This document shows, one piece after another, positions 63,697-64,000 of a stretch of 64,000 nucleotides of DNA. A model generated the notes under the pieces. The model made no database searches and was not told where the DNA came from. It saw only the letters and a program-made list of their open reading frames with translations. The stretch lies in the IMG/VR virus record IMGVR_UViG_3300037467_001462, positions 26,755 through 90,754 of that record, one strand, 5' to 3'. A program made the position numbers and the translations under genes. The stretch comes from a virus. Numbering within the stretch: the first letter of the stretch is position 1; each line of letters starts with the position of its first letter.

Positions 63697-64000
63697 TGCC
63701 TCTGACCCCGTCGTTCGGCGACAAGCTGATCGGCCCAATTCAACACTTGTATGGCGAGGCTGAGCTGAAGGTTTTCCGCTGGTTGGCGGGCATCGCGTTC
63801 GGTGATCGGGTCGCAGCTGGCCTTGTGTGGCTGACTCGCATGCTGCTGAAACTTCCGAAGCTGCGGGCCGGCCTGGTGAAGATCTCCCGCGATCTCGATG
63901 CGGAGTCGCAGAAGCGTGTTGAGGTGGCATTGCGTTCCGCGTGGGCTACCGGTCGTGCTGCCGCACACGCGGATTCGCCTACGAACATGCCGCCCGACGC
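63696..64000 (+). CDS. Minor capsid / head morphogenesis protein, N-terminal part (truncated by window)
   Basis: TGATG overlap with the portal stop; MPLTPSFGD...LYGEAE; position. Confidence 0.6.
   Translation, partial: MPLTPSFGDKLIGPIQHLYGEAELKVFRWLAGIAFGDRVAAGLVWLTRMLLKLPKLRAGLVKISRDLDAESQKRVEVALRSAWATGRAAAHADSPTNMPPD

Larger units (their letters stand above)
1..64000. mobile_element. Temperate actinobacteriophage genome segment (integration, immunity, replication, tRNA and head-packaging modules)
   Basis: Integrase/xis, XRE repressor, YqaJ, DnaB, WhiB, terminase and portal in phage-like order; no host housekeeping genes recognised. Confidence 0.95.

Noticed and set aside
1-64000. CRISPR array, reverse transcriptase/DGR, IS transposase, rRNA
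   Set aside because: No regularly spaced repeats, RT motif, DDE transposase or rRNA-like sequence seen by eye; a computational scan could still find weak cases

Overview
This window is about 64 kb of a large temperate actinobacteriophage (high GC, siphovirus-type gene set, probably Nocardia/Rhodococcus/Gordonia-like host; host inferred, not proven). From left to right: (1) accessory and regulatory genes (DUF2510, DUF4352, XRE-TPR, DUF397); (2) xis and a tyrosine integrase, followed by what looks like an intact attP whose core copies the first codons of the host ettA gene; (3) an immunity region; (4) recombination and replication genes (YqaJ, DnaQ-like, initiator, DnaB); (5) about 30 kb of small translationally coupled ORFs (GIY-YIG, HIT, SLOG, WhiB, resolvase); (6) an RNA-repair block (RNA ligase, Pnk, MazG-like, adenine MTase, Thg1 relic around a LAGLIDADG gene); (7) a tRNA/ncRNA cluster; (8) pre-structural genes, then TerS, an intein-containing TerL, a phosphoesterase, the portal and the start of a minor head gene. 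Most notable: the TerL intein's HNH homing endonuclease is encoded as a fully nested gene in another reading frame with a candidate internal leaderless promoter. The tRNA cluster mixes atypical tRNAs (8/4-type Ser) with tRNA-shaped RNAs lacking an anticodon, next to tRNA-repair enzymes. A 15-bp operator-like palindrome recurs across the window, and at least 30 ORFs end in -AA. All calls come from manual motif reading; no searches were run.
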